From Spirochaetia bacterium (lineage in GTDB: Bacteria; Spirochaetota; Spirochaetia; DSM-2461): 64,000 nt of DNA. Position 1 is the first letter of the stretch, and each line of letters starts with the position of its first letter. Shown piece by piece: positions 1-9,472 of this stretch. Location: the NCBI GenBank assembly GCA_963668315.1, contig OY764216.1, positions 1,344,001-1,408,000 of the forward strand, in the 5' to 3' direction. The notes beneath the pieces are model-generated. The model made no database searches. It worked only from the letters and a program-made list of their open reading frames with translations, and was not told where the DNA came from. The position numbers and the translations under genes were made by a program.

Positions 1-2254
1 GGTGTATCCTGTCGGCAATCATGTTCTCGTAGGTTATATCTATATCCCAGGCATCCCAGTTATCCGGCCTGTCCACATAGAGGCTTATTTGATTTCCCTT
101 TTCCCGGAGCATCTCTTTCTGCAGTTCCTTATCATAGGCGCTCAAGATGGCGCCCGACTCATCAAGTTCATAGCGGATTAATGAATTCTCCAGGATTAGC
201 GATTCCATACAGTGGTATGAGGAAGATTTTGCGGGTTTCCCCCTGTGAAGGGTTATATGCCCGTTGGCATCAAGCAGGACTGAGGCGTAAAGGACTCCGT
301 TGCTTTTCTGAGTAGGAACTATGAAACCCCTGTCATCCTGAACGCTATATCCCTCCCAGTGGGGGGGGAGACGGATGGCGGCGGTGTGCTGAAATGATAG
401 AATATTGACAACCAGCAAACTCTCTTCCTCTCTTGCGAACAGTCTCTCTGCCGAGTCGCTGAGAAGTCCGTCAATTTCGCTTATCATATTCTCCGCTTCC
501 CGATGGGCTCTCTCATAAACTAAATGTATGCTGGAGCCGGGTATTATGTCATGAAACTGGTTCATAAGGAGATTCTTCCATATCCGGTCAAGGGCTTGGG
601 CCGGATAATCCTGTGAGGGCAGGGACGCGCAAATGTATTCAAGGGCACGGAGTTTGTTTTCCAGAATCCTGTTGTATTTCTTTGTCAAGGATTGAGTTGT
701 CAGGGTTCCCCTATGGAGTTCCAGGTATAATTCTCCCGACCAGGTGGGAAGTTTAGGGGAGAAGGCCCTCATCCTGTTAAATGCTTCCTGAGCTTTTCCG
801 AATCGGAATTTGGGAGAGCCTTCAAGATTATGCATTCTCAGCCCCCTTTCAATATAGGGCTCTGAAGGGCCGCCTCCCCCGTCGCCGATACCGAAAAGGG
901 AAACGAATTCATCGCATAGGTAATTTTCTGTAAACCGATCCTGGGCTTTTCCGGTTTCCAGGGGGCTGACTTTGGCGTTGTAAGTATCTTCTGGCAGGAA
1001 GTGGGTCACGATTTCCGTCCCGTCGATTCCTCTCCAGTTGAAGAGGTGAAAGGGGAATTTGTTGTACTGATTCCAGGATATTTTCTGGGTCATGAAAAAA
1101 TCTATTCCCGCTTTTTTTAGGATTTGGGGCATGGCGGCGGAATAACCGAATACGTCGGGCAGCCACAGGTTTCTTACATCCTCCCCAAACTCATCCATGA
1201 AGAAATTCTTCCCATGGATAAACTGACGTATCATGGATTCACCGCTGGTCACGTTGCAATCTGCTTCTACCCACATCCCTCCCTGCAGTTCCCATCGGCC
1301 TTCGGCGACAAGCTTCTTTATCTTCCGGTACAAAGCGGGGTAATGATCCTTAACGAACTGGTAGTGCTGAGGCTGGGATGCCCCGAATATGTAATCGGGA
1401 TACTGCTCTATGAGGGCTACTTGGCTGGCAAATGTTCTGGCGCATTTGCGGACAGTCTCCCTCACGGGCCATAACCACCCTGTGTCTATATGGGCATGTC
1501 CGATCCCTGTTACGGTCAGATCGGAATTATTTGCAGGAGTCCATAGGGTCGTGATAAACTCCCGGCACTTTTCGCTGTTCTCTGGGTTATCCATGTACAG
1601 ATCTATCATTTGATTGAGTCTGTAAATCAGTTTTTCCCTTCTGGGTTTGTTCTCGGGGATATACTCTATAAGATCATAGAGAACCTTGACGTCCAGCCAG
1701 AGATGCCAGAGGGATTCGTTGAAGCGGCACAGGCTCATGTGGTTGACCCGGCCTTCCCGGCTCCCGTGGCGTTTGGGGTCATTCCGAGCGGGATCGCTCT
1801 CCTGGTCTACTCCGGAGAGGTGATTCGCCGCTGCTTCCACCCAGATTTCAAACTCATCTCCGGGAGACAAACTCCGGGGGAGGCGATAAACATCTTTGCT
1901 GTAGTTGCTGTCAAAGACCGAACCGTTGGTCAAACCGTAAACCGGAACTCCAGCTTCGTTGAAAATTAGGGCCTCCCCGTTAAAATCTAGATGTAGGGCC
2001 GCTTCTTTATCGGCCCATTCTCCCGGGATGGTTCCGGAGATTCGGAACCATCCGCTTTCCCATGTATCGCCCCATGTATCGCCTTCTTTGACTGGATTAT
2101 ATTTCCCGCTCAATCTTTCCGAGAAAGGGACGGGCTCCTGTGATAATCTGTATTCAGCCCTTAACGGGAGCTCGTTTGATAGGACCGATTTACCTATTCT
2201 CTTGTGGAAATTTCTTATGCGTTTTATGTTCTGTTCAGACCTTATTCTATGCAT
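1..2254 (-). CDS. GH38 alpha-mannosidase (3' end runs off the window)
   Basis: Absent from the ORF track because it has no stop in the window. Hand translation from ATG 2254 (AGGAG RBS upstream) gives GHAHIDTGWLWP, GGMWVEADCN, LWLPDVFGYSAAMPQI, GIGDGGGGP, GELYLELHRGT and NQFHDIIPGSSI, all GH38 hallmarks. Confidence 0.93.
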   Translation of the reverse strand, partial: MHRIRSEQNIKRIRNFHKRIGKSVLSNELPLRAEYRLSQEPVPFSERLSGKYNPVKEGDTWGDTWESGWFRISGTIPGEWADKEAALHLDFNGEALIFNEAGVPVYGLTNGSVFDSNYSKDVYRLPRSLSPGDEFEIWVEAAANHLSGVDQESDPARNDPKRHGSREGRVNHMSLCRFNESLWHLWLDVKVLYDLIEYIPENKPRREKLIYRLNQMIDLYMDNPENSEKCREFITTLWTPANNSDLTVTGIGHAHIDTGWLWPVRETVRKCARTFASQVALIEQYPDYIFGASQPQHYQFVKDHYPALYRKIKKLVAEGRWELQGGMWVEADCNVTSGESMIRQFIHGKNFFMDEFGEDVRNLWLPDVFGYSAAMPQILKKAGIDFFMTQKISWNQYNKFPFHLFNWRGIDGTEIVTHFLPEDTYNAKVSPLETGKAQDRFTENYLCDEFVSLFGIGDGGGGPSEPYIERGLRMHNLEGSPKFRFGKAQEAFNRMRAFSPKLPTWSGELYLELHRGTLTTQSLTKKYNRILENKLRALEYICASLPSQDYPAQALDRIWKNLLMNQFHDIIPGSSIHLVYERAHREAENMISEIDGLLSDSAERLFAREEESLLVVNILSFQHTAAIRLPPHWEGYSVQDDRGFIVPTQKSNGVLYASVLLDANGHITLHRGKPAKSSSYHCMESLILENSLIRYELDESGAILSAYDKELQKEMLREKGNQISLYVDRPDNWDAWDIDITYENMIADRIH

Positions 2255-2407
2255 GATGCTTCTCCTGTGAACCTGCTTCGGATATAGTGTTATATATTTG
2301 TAAAACTACCTTTTTGTAAAGTACAATATATTCTAAATATAAATATTTCCCATAAAATATCCTCAATAGCGAGTTGAATGGAAGAAATTTATATAATATG
2401 TAAAAAA

Positions 2408-2439
2408 ATATTGACTTCTGAGAGAAGTCAATATAAGAT
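2408..2439 (+). promoter_or_regulatory. sigma70-like promoter of the ABC operon overlapped by a perfect palindrome (candidate operator)
   Basis: ATATTGACTTCT-GAG-AGAAGTCAATAT (2408-2434); TTGACT 2411-2416, 17-bp spacer, TAAGAT 2434-2439. Confidence 0.6.
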
Positions 2440-2642
2440 TGTGCCCATTAAGAATATAATGTTTTATAAGAAAGAATATATTGAAGATAAGCCTTTCTTA
2501 AAATTTCAGACTGATTTCTTTCCTCGATCACAGTCTTGAGGGCTTTTGTTTCAGGGAGCGCCCTTCTGGTGGAATCTCTGTTCTTTATTATTAATGGCAT
2601 CATTAGAAACGTGGTTTCTAAAATAAAAAAAGGGGGCAAAAA

Positions 2643-4601
2643 GTGAAAAAAATATGCTTGATTCTTCTGGCTGTTACGTTATCGTTCTCACTTTTCTCAA
2701 ATGGGCAGCAGGAATCTTCTTCTGCTGGTGTTGTTAATGACAATGGAGCTAAAGAGTCTCCGATGCTGGCGGCGATGGTTGCGAAAGGAGAACTTCCTCC
2801 TCTTGAAGACAGACTGCCTTCCGAGCCATATATCGCTAAAGTCAGCGAGCGGATCGGTTCTTACGGCGGAACGCTGAATCTCGTTTCCAATGAGGCTTCC
2901 AAACTGGGAGACGGAAGAAACGGCATCACCGTGGCTTCTCTGGTTAAAGCGGACACGGATACTACAACTGTCATTCCTCATCTGGCAAAAGACTTCTACT
3001 GGGAAGGGAATAAAACATTGGTTTTCGTTCTCCGGGAAGGGGTCAAATGGTCAGACGGCGTACCCGTCACCACCGAGGATGTTAAGTTCTGGTGGAATGA
3101 TTATATCAATAACGAGACACTCCGGCCTCAGGGGCTGGACCAGTATTATATAACAAAACATGGCGCCATGCAGCTTGAAGTCGTGGATGACTACACTTTT
3201 AAAATGCACTTCCAGGATCCCAAGCCTATGATACTTGAGTGTCTGGCTCTGGAAAGTGAATTCATTTCCGGTTATCCCCTGATGCCGGCTCATTATATGA
3301 AGCAGTTCCATGAAAATTATGCTGATAAAGCCTCCCTTCAGGCGCTTATGGAAGAGGGCGGTTATGAAAACTGGAAACTTCTTTTTGAATCGCATGTTGA
3401 AGCATATTGGGATGCCAGATCCGAGCAGAATATCGGAGCTCCTTCTTTGAACTCCTATGTCGTCTCCGAGATTGGTGAGAATTATATCAAAATGGAGAGA
3501 AATCCCTATTACTGGAAAGTGGATTCCGAGGGACATCAGCTTCCCTATATTGATGAGATGCATATCCAGATTGTTGGAAAAGAGCTTTATCACGGAAAAG
3601 TCGCCACCGGAGAAGCCGATTTCGCCGGAAGACGGACGACCCTGGCTGAACTGGCCCTTTATAAGAGCGGTGAAGAGGCAGGGGATTATAAAGTCTATCT
3701 CTGGAACGCCGTAGGTGATGCGGACTATATGGTTCTTCTTAACTTCAACTCTTCCAACGAAGTGAACCATGAATTGATCAATAATCTGAAATTCAGGCAA
3801 GCCCTGTCCCTGGCAATCAACAGGGAAGATTTTAACGAAGTCATCAACTATGGGCTCGCTATCCCCCAGCAGATGACACTGCTTCCGACCTCAAAATTCT
3901 ATAAAGAGGAATATGCACGCAGTTATGCTGATTTTAATTTGGACAAGGCCAATGCCATGCTGGATGAGCTGGGCCTGAAATGGGACTCCGGTCATGAATA
4001 CAGACTGGGACCCGATGGGAAGACTCTCTCCTTCTATCTGGAGGAAGGTGGTGAACGAGCCATTGAAGCCTCCGAACTGCTCGGTGAATACTGGAAAAAA
4101 ATCGGTTTGAAGCTGAATATTAAAGCCGTCGACCGGGACCTTTTTCATGAACATCTGAGGGATAATGTAGCGATCGATGTCCACCTGACGAAGTATGGGA
4201 TGATGGATGGCGCTTTTATTGAGCGTCCCAATATGTTCATCCCCGTAGAGTATAACGGCACCGATGTGTGGGCTCCCCTATGGGCAAAATGGAGGCTCAA
4301 TGAGTATGCCGGTGAAAGCAATCAGGATTATGAGAAGCCCCCGCAGAAGGTTGTAGATCTCATCGATACTTGGGAGAAGCTCAAGATCGAGGTGGATCCT
4401 CAGGAACAGATGAAGCTGGCCGATGTTCTTCTGAAGTCACAGTCCGATAATCTCTGGACTCTCGGGATTACTACCGGTGGTGTAAAACCCGTAATCGCCA
4501 GTAACAGGCTCGGGAACTTTATTCCCGACGGAACATATACATATGACTTTCTCCAGTATGCACAGTATATAAACGCTGACACCTGGTATCTAAAAAAATA
4601 A
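2643..4601 (+). CDS. ABC transporter substrate-binding protein, family 5 (Opp/Dpp fold, oligosaccharide-type)
   Basis: Signal peptide ending LFSNGQQE; ESPMLAAMVAKGELPPLEDRLP, YGGTL, LREGVKWSDG, RNPYYWKVDSEGHQLPYID, FRQALSLAINR. Confidence 0.9.
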   Translation: MKKICLILLAVTLSFSLFSNGQQESSSAGVVNDNGAKESPMLAAMVAKGELPPLEDRLPSEPYIAKVSERIGSYGGTLNLVSNEASKLGDGRNGITVASLVKADTDTTTVIPHLAKDFYWEGNKTLVFVLREGVKWSDGVPVTTEDVKFWWNDYINNETLRPQGLDQYYITKHGAMQLEVVDDYTFKMHFQDPKPMILECLALESEFISGYPLMPAHYMKQFHENYADKASLQALMEEGGYENWKLLFESHVEAYWDARSEQNIGAPSLNSYVVSEIGENYIKMERNPYYWKVDSEGHQLPYIDEMHIQIVGKELYHGKVATGEADFAGRRTTLAELALYKSGEEAGDYKVYLWNAVGDADYMVLLNFNSSNEVNHELINNLKFRQALSLAINREDFNEVINYGLAIPQQMTLLPTSKFYKEEYARSYADFNLDKANAMLDELGLKWDSGHEYRLGPDGKTLSFYLEEGGERAIEASELLGEYWKKIGLKLNIKAVDRDLFHEHLRDNVAIDVHLTKYGMMDGAFIERPNMFIPVEYNGTDVWAPLWAKWRLNEYAGESNQDYEKPPQKVVDLIDTWEKLKIEVDPQEQMKLADVLLKSQSDNLWTLGITTGGVKPVIASNRLGNFIPDGTYTYDFLQYAQYINADTWYLKK

Positions 4602-4613
4602 GTTAAGTGAAAT

Positions 4614-4656
4614 ATGAGTGTCCTATACCCGGGTTTCCAGGTACGGGGGCACTCAT
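4614..4656 (+). other. intercistronic stem-loop between SBP and permease genes
   Basis: ATGAGTGTCCT...GGGGCACTCAT arms plus an inner TACC/GGTA stem; no U-tract. Confidence 0.55.
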
Positions 4657-4674
4657 GGTTTCAAGGAGGTTCAT

Positions 4675-5664
4675 TTGGCCGGTTATATCCTGAAGCGTTT
4701 CTGCTATATGCTTGTCATGCTTCTTGTCGTCAGTTTTGTCGCTTTTCTCGTTGTCCAGCTCCCTCCGGGAGATTATGTGACGACCCATATTAATGACCTT
4801 TTAGGGGATGGGCAGCAAATCTCCATGGATGAAGTCGCCGCTCTTCGCGCCGATTATGGACTTGATAAACCAGTTGCTGTACAGTATTTCAAATGGATTA
4901 CAAAAATCATTTTCAAAGGGGATTTCGGCCGATCCTTCGCATATAACCGTCCTGTTCTGGATCTTATCGGTTCCCGGTTGGGGCTTACGGTCCTGATTTC
5001 CCTCTGCACCCTTATCTTCACCTATGCGATTGCCGTACCCATCGCTATTTATTCGGCCGTACACCAGTACTCTTTCGCCGATTATCTGGCATCATTCATC
5101 GGCTTTATCGGCATGGCAACGCCGAACTTTATTCTGGCCCTGGTCCTCATGCTGTTTCTGCATAATGTCTTCGGAGTCAGTGTAGGAGGCCTGTTCGCTC
5201 CCGAGTTTCAAGGCGCTCCTTTCAGCTGGGCCAAATTCTTTGATTTACTGAAACATCTTCCCGTACCTATTATTGTCATCGGCACGGCGGGAACGGCTGG
5301 AATTATCAGAACCCTGAGAGCCACTATGCTGGACGAATTGAAAAAACAGTATGTAGTAACGGCAAGAGCAAAGGGTGTGGAAGAAAAAAAAGTCATTCGA
5401 AAATACCCTGTACGCATCGCTCTTAATCCCATGATCAGCGGGATGTCCGGATTATTGGTAACTATTATTTCCGGTTCGACGATAACAGCCACTGTTCTTA
5501 ACCTGCCGACTCTGGGCCCTCTGCTTCTGGATGCGCTTCTCAAGCAGGATGTCTACTTGTCTGGGGCCATCATTCTATTTCAAAGCATAATGGTATTCGT
5601 CGGAACCTTTTTGTCTGATATGGTCCTGATGCTGGTTGATCCGAGGATAAGGTTTGAGAAATGA
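4675..5664 (+). CDS. ABC permease, OppB/DppB family
   Basis: LPPGDY, YGLDKP, GDFGRSF, YVVTARAKG, DPRIR. Start moved to TTG 4675 after the AAGGAGGT RBS. Confidence 0.9.
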   Translation: MAGYILKRFCYMLVMLLVVSFVAFLVVQLPPGDYVTTHINDLLGDGQQISMDEVAALRADYGLDKPVAVQYFKWITKIIFKGDFGRSFAYNRPVLDLIGSRLGLTVLISLCTLIFTYAIAVPIAIYSAVHQYSFADYLASFIGFIGMATPNFILALVLMLFLHNVFGVSVGGLFAPEFQGAPFSWAKFFDLLKHLPVPIIVIGTAGTAGIIRTLRATMLDELKKQYVVTARAKGVEEKKVIRKYPVRIALNPMISGMSGLLVTIISGSTITATVLNLPTLGPLLLDALLKQDVYLSGAIILFQSIMVFVGTFLSDMVLMLVDPRIRFEK

Positions 5665-6809
5665 TAAATATTTTTAAACATCGTGAAACAAAAAAGAAAA
5701 AAGAAGAAGACTCCGATGCCTACTATATGGCGACTCAGTGGGAGTTGATGCGAAGAAAATTCGTTAAGCACAAACTGGCCCAGGTCAGCGGGATCATACT
5801 GATTATATTCTATGTCGTAGCCATATTCTGCGGGTTTATTGCACCCTACGACAAGATTACCCGTCATGACAAATATAATCTGGCGCCCCAGAGGATGTAC
5901 TGGAAAAATGAATCAGGCATTCATCCTTTCAAGCCTTTCGTGTACGGTCTGGAAAGAACCCTCGATAAGGAGACATTCACCTGGGTCTATGAGGAAGATA
6001 GGAGCAGGATGTATCCCGTCAGATTTTTCGTAAAGGGAGATGAATACAAATTCTGGGGACTTTTCAAAACAACCCGTCACCTTTTTGGTATTGATCAGAC
6101 AGGAACGGATGGGGATGGCACGCTCCATCTTCTGGGAACGGATAACCTCGGAAGAGACCTATTTTCCCGTATTCTCTACGCGTCCAGGATTTCTCTATCC
6201 ATCGGATTGATCGGAGTTTTTCTGAGTTTTATCCTGGGAGTGCTTCTCGGCGGTCTTGCCGGGTATCTCGGAGGGAGAGTGGATATGGTTATATCCAGGA
6301 TTATTGAGTTCCTCCAGTCTATCCCTAACATCCCTCTCTGGATGGCCCTGGCCGCGGCCCTGCCTCCGGAATGGTCGGCTTTCTCCGTTTATGTGGGAAT
6401 CACTGTCATATTGTCCATTGTCGGATGGACAGGATTGGCAAGAGTCGTCCGCGGGAAGTTTCTGGAACTGCGGGAAGAAGACTATGTCATGGCAGCAAAA
6501 GCTTCCGGGGCCAGTACCTTTACGATAATCCGAAGACATCTCGTCCCTTCATTTCTTAGTTACCTGATTGTAAATATTACCCTTTCCGTTCCCGGCATGA
6601 TTCTGGGGGAAACAGGTCTTAGTTATCTGGGACTGGGACTTCGGGCTCCCATCGTAAGCTGGGGAGTTCTGCTGCAGCAGGCACAGAACTTCAGTGTCGT
6701 CTCTCTCTACCCCTGGATAATGATTCCGGCAATATTTGTCATTGTTGCCGTTTTGGCTTTCAACTTTCTGGGCGATGGTCTGCGTGATGCGGCTGATCCG
6801 TACAAATAA
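5661..6809 (+). CDS. ABC permease, OppC/DppC family
   Basis: HLLGTDNLGRDLFSR, WTGLARVVRG, SWGVLL, FNFLGDGLRDAADP. Confidence 0.92.
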   Translation: MINIFKHRETKKKKEEDSDAYYMATQWELMRRKFVKHKLAQVSGIILIIFYVVAIFCGFIAPYDKITRHDKYNLAPQRMYWKNESGIHPFKPFVYGLERTLDKETFTWVYEEDRSRMYPVRFFVKGDEYKFWGLFKTTRHLFGIDQTGTDGDGTLHLLGTDNLGRDLFSRILYASRISLSIGLIGVFLSFILGVLLGGLAGYLGGRVDMVISRIIEFLQSIPNIPLWMALAAALPPEWSAFSVYVGITVILSIVGWTGLARVVRGKFLELREEDYVMAAKASGASTFTIIRRHLVPSFLSYLIVNITLSVPGMILGETGLSYLGLGLRAPIVSWGVLLQQAQNFSVVSLYPWIMIPAIFVIVAVLAFNFLGDGLRDAADPYK

Positions 6810-6821
6810 CGAGGAAATATT

Positions 6822-7835
6822 GTGAACGATGAAATATTGCTTCAGACATCTAACCTGAAGATTCAGTTTAGTCTGGACGAGGGGATTCTTAAAGCCGTTG
6901 ACGGTGTTGACATAAGCATAAAGAAAAGTACTGTAGTAGGGCTTATCGGAGAATCGGGATGCGGTAAGAGTGTGACTTCCCGGGCCATAATGCGCATTCT
7001 TGATGAACCGGGAAAGATTACCGATGGGACGATAACTCTCAATAATGAAAGCGGTGCTCATGAACTCACATCTTATGAGAAAAACTCGAAGGAGATGAGG
7101 GCTATCAGGGGTAAGGATATCTCTATGATCTTCCAGGAGCCTATGACAAGCCTTTCTCCCGTACATACTATCGGTGAACAGATAAGCGAAGCAATCCACC
7201 TTCACAGAACCGAGGATAAGGATGAGGCTTACAGAATCGTAATTGATATGCTGACTAAGGTGGGGATCTCAAATCCCGAGCAACGGTATTCCGAATATCC
7301 CCATCAGCTGTCAGGAGGTATGCGGCAGCGGGTCATGATTGCCATGGCATTGAGTTGTAATCCGTCCCTGCTAATTGCCGATGAACCGACTACTGCCCTG
7401 GATGTGACCGTTCAGGCTCAGATTCTGGAGCTTATGTCCGATTTGCAGAAGAAGCTTGACATGTCGATTCTCTATATTACCCATAACCTCGGGGTGATAG
7501 CTGAGATGGCCGATGAGGCCTATGTCATGTACCTTGGGAAGATCGTAGAGCACGGAACGGTAAAGCAGGTATTTGAGAAACCCCTTCATCCATATACGAA
7601 GAGACTTATCAAGTCCATACCTCGTTTCCAGGCCGAAAATCCCGAAGAACTGGACTCCATCAAAGGAAATGTTCCCATTCCGATCAATATGCCTCCCCAG
7701 TGCGGCTTTTGTTCCCGGTGTGAGGAGGTCGTATCGGATAAGTGCGGAACGGCCTATCCCGGGCTTATTGAGCAGGAACCGGGCCATTTTGTCAGATGCT
7801 TTAGGCTTTCCGATGTCGAGGAGGAGATGGCGTGA
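6822..7835 (+). CDS. ABC ATP-binding protein, OppD/DppD family
   Basis: [31 protein letters not shown]-terminal Cys cluster. Confidence 0.93.
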   Translation: MNDEILLQTSNLKIQFSLDEGILKAVDGVDISIKKSTVVGLIGESGCGKSVTSRAIMRILDEPGKITDGTITLNNESGAHELTSYEKNSKEMRAIRGKDISMIFQEPMTSLSPVHTIGEQISEAIHLHRTEDKDEAYRIVIDMLTKVGISNPEQRYSEYPHQLSGGMRQRVMIAMALSCNPSLLIADEPTTALDVTVQAQILELMSDLQKKLDMSILYITHNLGVIAEMADEAYVMYLGKIVEHGTVKQVFEKPLHPYTKRLIKSIPRFQAENPEELDSIKGNVPIPINMPPQCGFCSRCEEVVSDKCGTAYPGLIEQEPGHFVRCFRLSDVEEEMA

Positions 7836-8845
7836 GCGATACAGTTGCAGATATCCCAATCCTGGAACTTAAGGGATTGAAGAAATATTTTCCCATTGAA
7901 AAGGGTTTTTTGAAAAGAAAATCAGGGGATGTCAAAGCGGTCGATGACATAAATCTGAAAATCTTTCAGGGCGAGAATGTAGGCTTGGTCGGGGAGTCCG
8001 GCTGCGGTAAGTCTACCCTGGGAAGATGTATAACCAAGTTGTACGATATCACTCAGGGAGAGATCCTCTTCAGAAAGGATAATGAAGAAGTCGTCGATTT
8101 ATCGGGTCTTAATACAAAGGAGATGCTTCCTTTAAGGAAGGAGCTCCAGATTATTTTTCAGGATCCCTATGCTTCCCTGGATCCGAGAATGACGGTTATG
8201 GATATTATCGGGGAACCTCTTCTATATCAGAAAGACCCTGACTTGAAAGAGAAAGTAAAAGAGATAATGCAATTGGTCGGGCTTGAGGTGAAACATTTGA
8301 ACCGGTACCCTCATGCCTTCTCAGGAGGTCAAAGACAGAGAATCGGTATTGCCCGGGCCCTTGTTACCAATCCCAGATTCATTGTTGCCGATGAGGCGGT
8401 AAGTGCCCTTGATGTTTCCATTCAGGCGCAAGTTATCAATCTGCTGAAAAGTCTGCAGAGAAAACTGGGGCTGACGATACTCTTTATCTCCCATGATTTG
8501 ACAGTGGTACAGCATATCTGTTCCAAAGTAGCCGTTATGTATGTCGGGAAAATTGTTGAAGTTGCCGATACAAGGGAGCTTTTCTCTTCTCCGAAGCATC
8601 CCTATACGGAAGCTCTTATGTCTTCCGTACCATCTATGGATCTGAATAGAAAGATGGATCGTATTGTTCTTCAGGGCGATGTGGCCAATCCGGCCAATCC
8701 TCCTTCGGGATGCTACTTCCACCCGCGTTGTTCCCATTGTCGGGACATCTGCAGGGAAAGGACTCCTGATTTGCGAGAGGTCAGCCCCGGTCATTCCGTC
8801 GCCTGTCACAGGGCGGAAGAACTGAGTTTGAACGGCGTTTATTAG
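7832..8845 (+). CDS. ABC ATP-binding protein, OppF/DppF family
   Basis: [37 protein letters not shown]. Confidence 0.93.
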   Translation: MSDTVADIPILELKGLKKYFPIEKGFLKRKSGDVKAVDDINLKIFQGENVGLVGESGCGKSTLGRCITKLYDITQGEILFRKDNEEVVDLSGLNTKEMLPLRKELQIIFQDPYASLDPRMTVMDIIGEPLLYQKDPDLKEKVKEIMQLVGLEVKHLNRYPHAFSGGQRQRIGIARALVTNPRFIVADEAVSALDVSIQAQVINLLKSLQRKLGLTILFISHDLTVVQHICSKVAVMYVGKIVEVADTRELFSSPKHPYTEALMSSVPSMDLNRKMDRIVLQGDVANPANPPSGCYFHPRCSHCRDICRERTPDLREVSPGHSVACHRAEELSLNGVY

Positions 8846-8866
8846 AAATATGATTAAGGAAAAATA

Positions 8867-9457
8867 ATGGCTACTCTACCTTTTGTACGGCCATGGCCTC
8901 ATGGGACGATTCCGTATGTCATAGAGCATTCCGGAAAAAACAAGATACTTAAGACAATCAGAATGATTGAAGAAGAGACTCCCTTGAAATTCACTCCCCG
9001 TACGGGGGAGCAGGATTATATTCTTTTTGTCAATGGGGATGAAAATATTGTCGTAAACCCGGAGTGGAATCCACCCTATGAGACATCCGATGTTCTGGGA
9101 TTCTGCCGGGGAGAGAGCAGGGTAATCCTTAAGGATGATCCCTGGCTGGCTCTCCATGAACTGGGGCATGTCATCGGGTTGATTCATGAGCATCAGAGAT
9201 CAGACCGGGATCTTTATATCGCCCTGTCCCCTGACGAATGTGATCCCAACTGGACTATACTGAAGGAGTCGGTGAATTACGGTCTCCCCTATGATGGACG
9301 TTCCATGACACATTACGGACTGGATTGGCAGGGTAGAGATGCTAAATGGAAAAAAGGGGAGAATCCCGGGCAGCAATGGTCCAGACTCACGGAAACGGAT
9401 ATCAGATCGATCAGGTATTTGTATGGCTATCAAAGCCATAGTACTTCCATATGTTAG
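8867..9457 (+). CDS. astacin-like (M12A) zinc metallopeptidase, no signal peptide
   Basis: WPHGTIPY, HELGHVIGLIHEHQRSDRDLYI (HExxHxxGxxHE..R.DRD), YDGRSMTHY, LTETDIRSIRYLY. Confidence 0.85.
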   Translation: MATLPFVRPWPHGTIPYVIEHSGKNKILKTIRMIEEETPLKFTPRTGEQDYILFVNGDENIVVNPEWNPPYETSDVLGFCRGESRVILKDDPWLALHELGHVIGLIHEHQRSDRDLYIALSPDECDPNWTILKESVNYGLPYDGRSMTHYGLDWQGRDAKWKKGENPGQQWSRLTETDIRSIRYLYGYQSHSTSIC

Positions 9458-9472
9458 GCGGGGAGACAGTTA

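Noticed and set aside
909..2270. Several short ORFs in the track (909-1166, 1124-1474, 1410-1613, 1610-1969, 1959-2270), suggesting a fragmented region
   Set aside because: They are shadows of one continuous minus-strand GH38 frame. I checked the T7 run near 1112 and it stays in frame.
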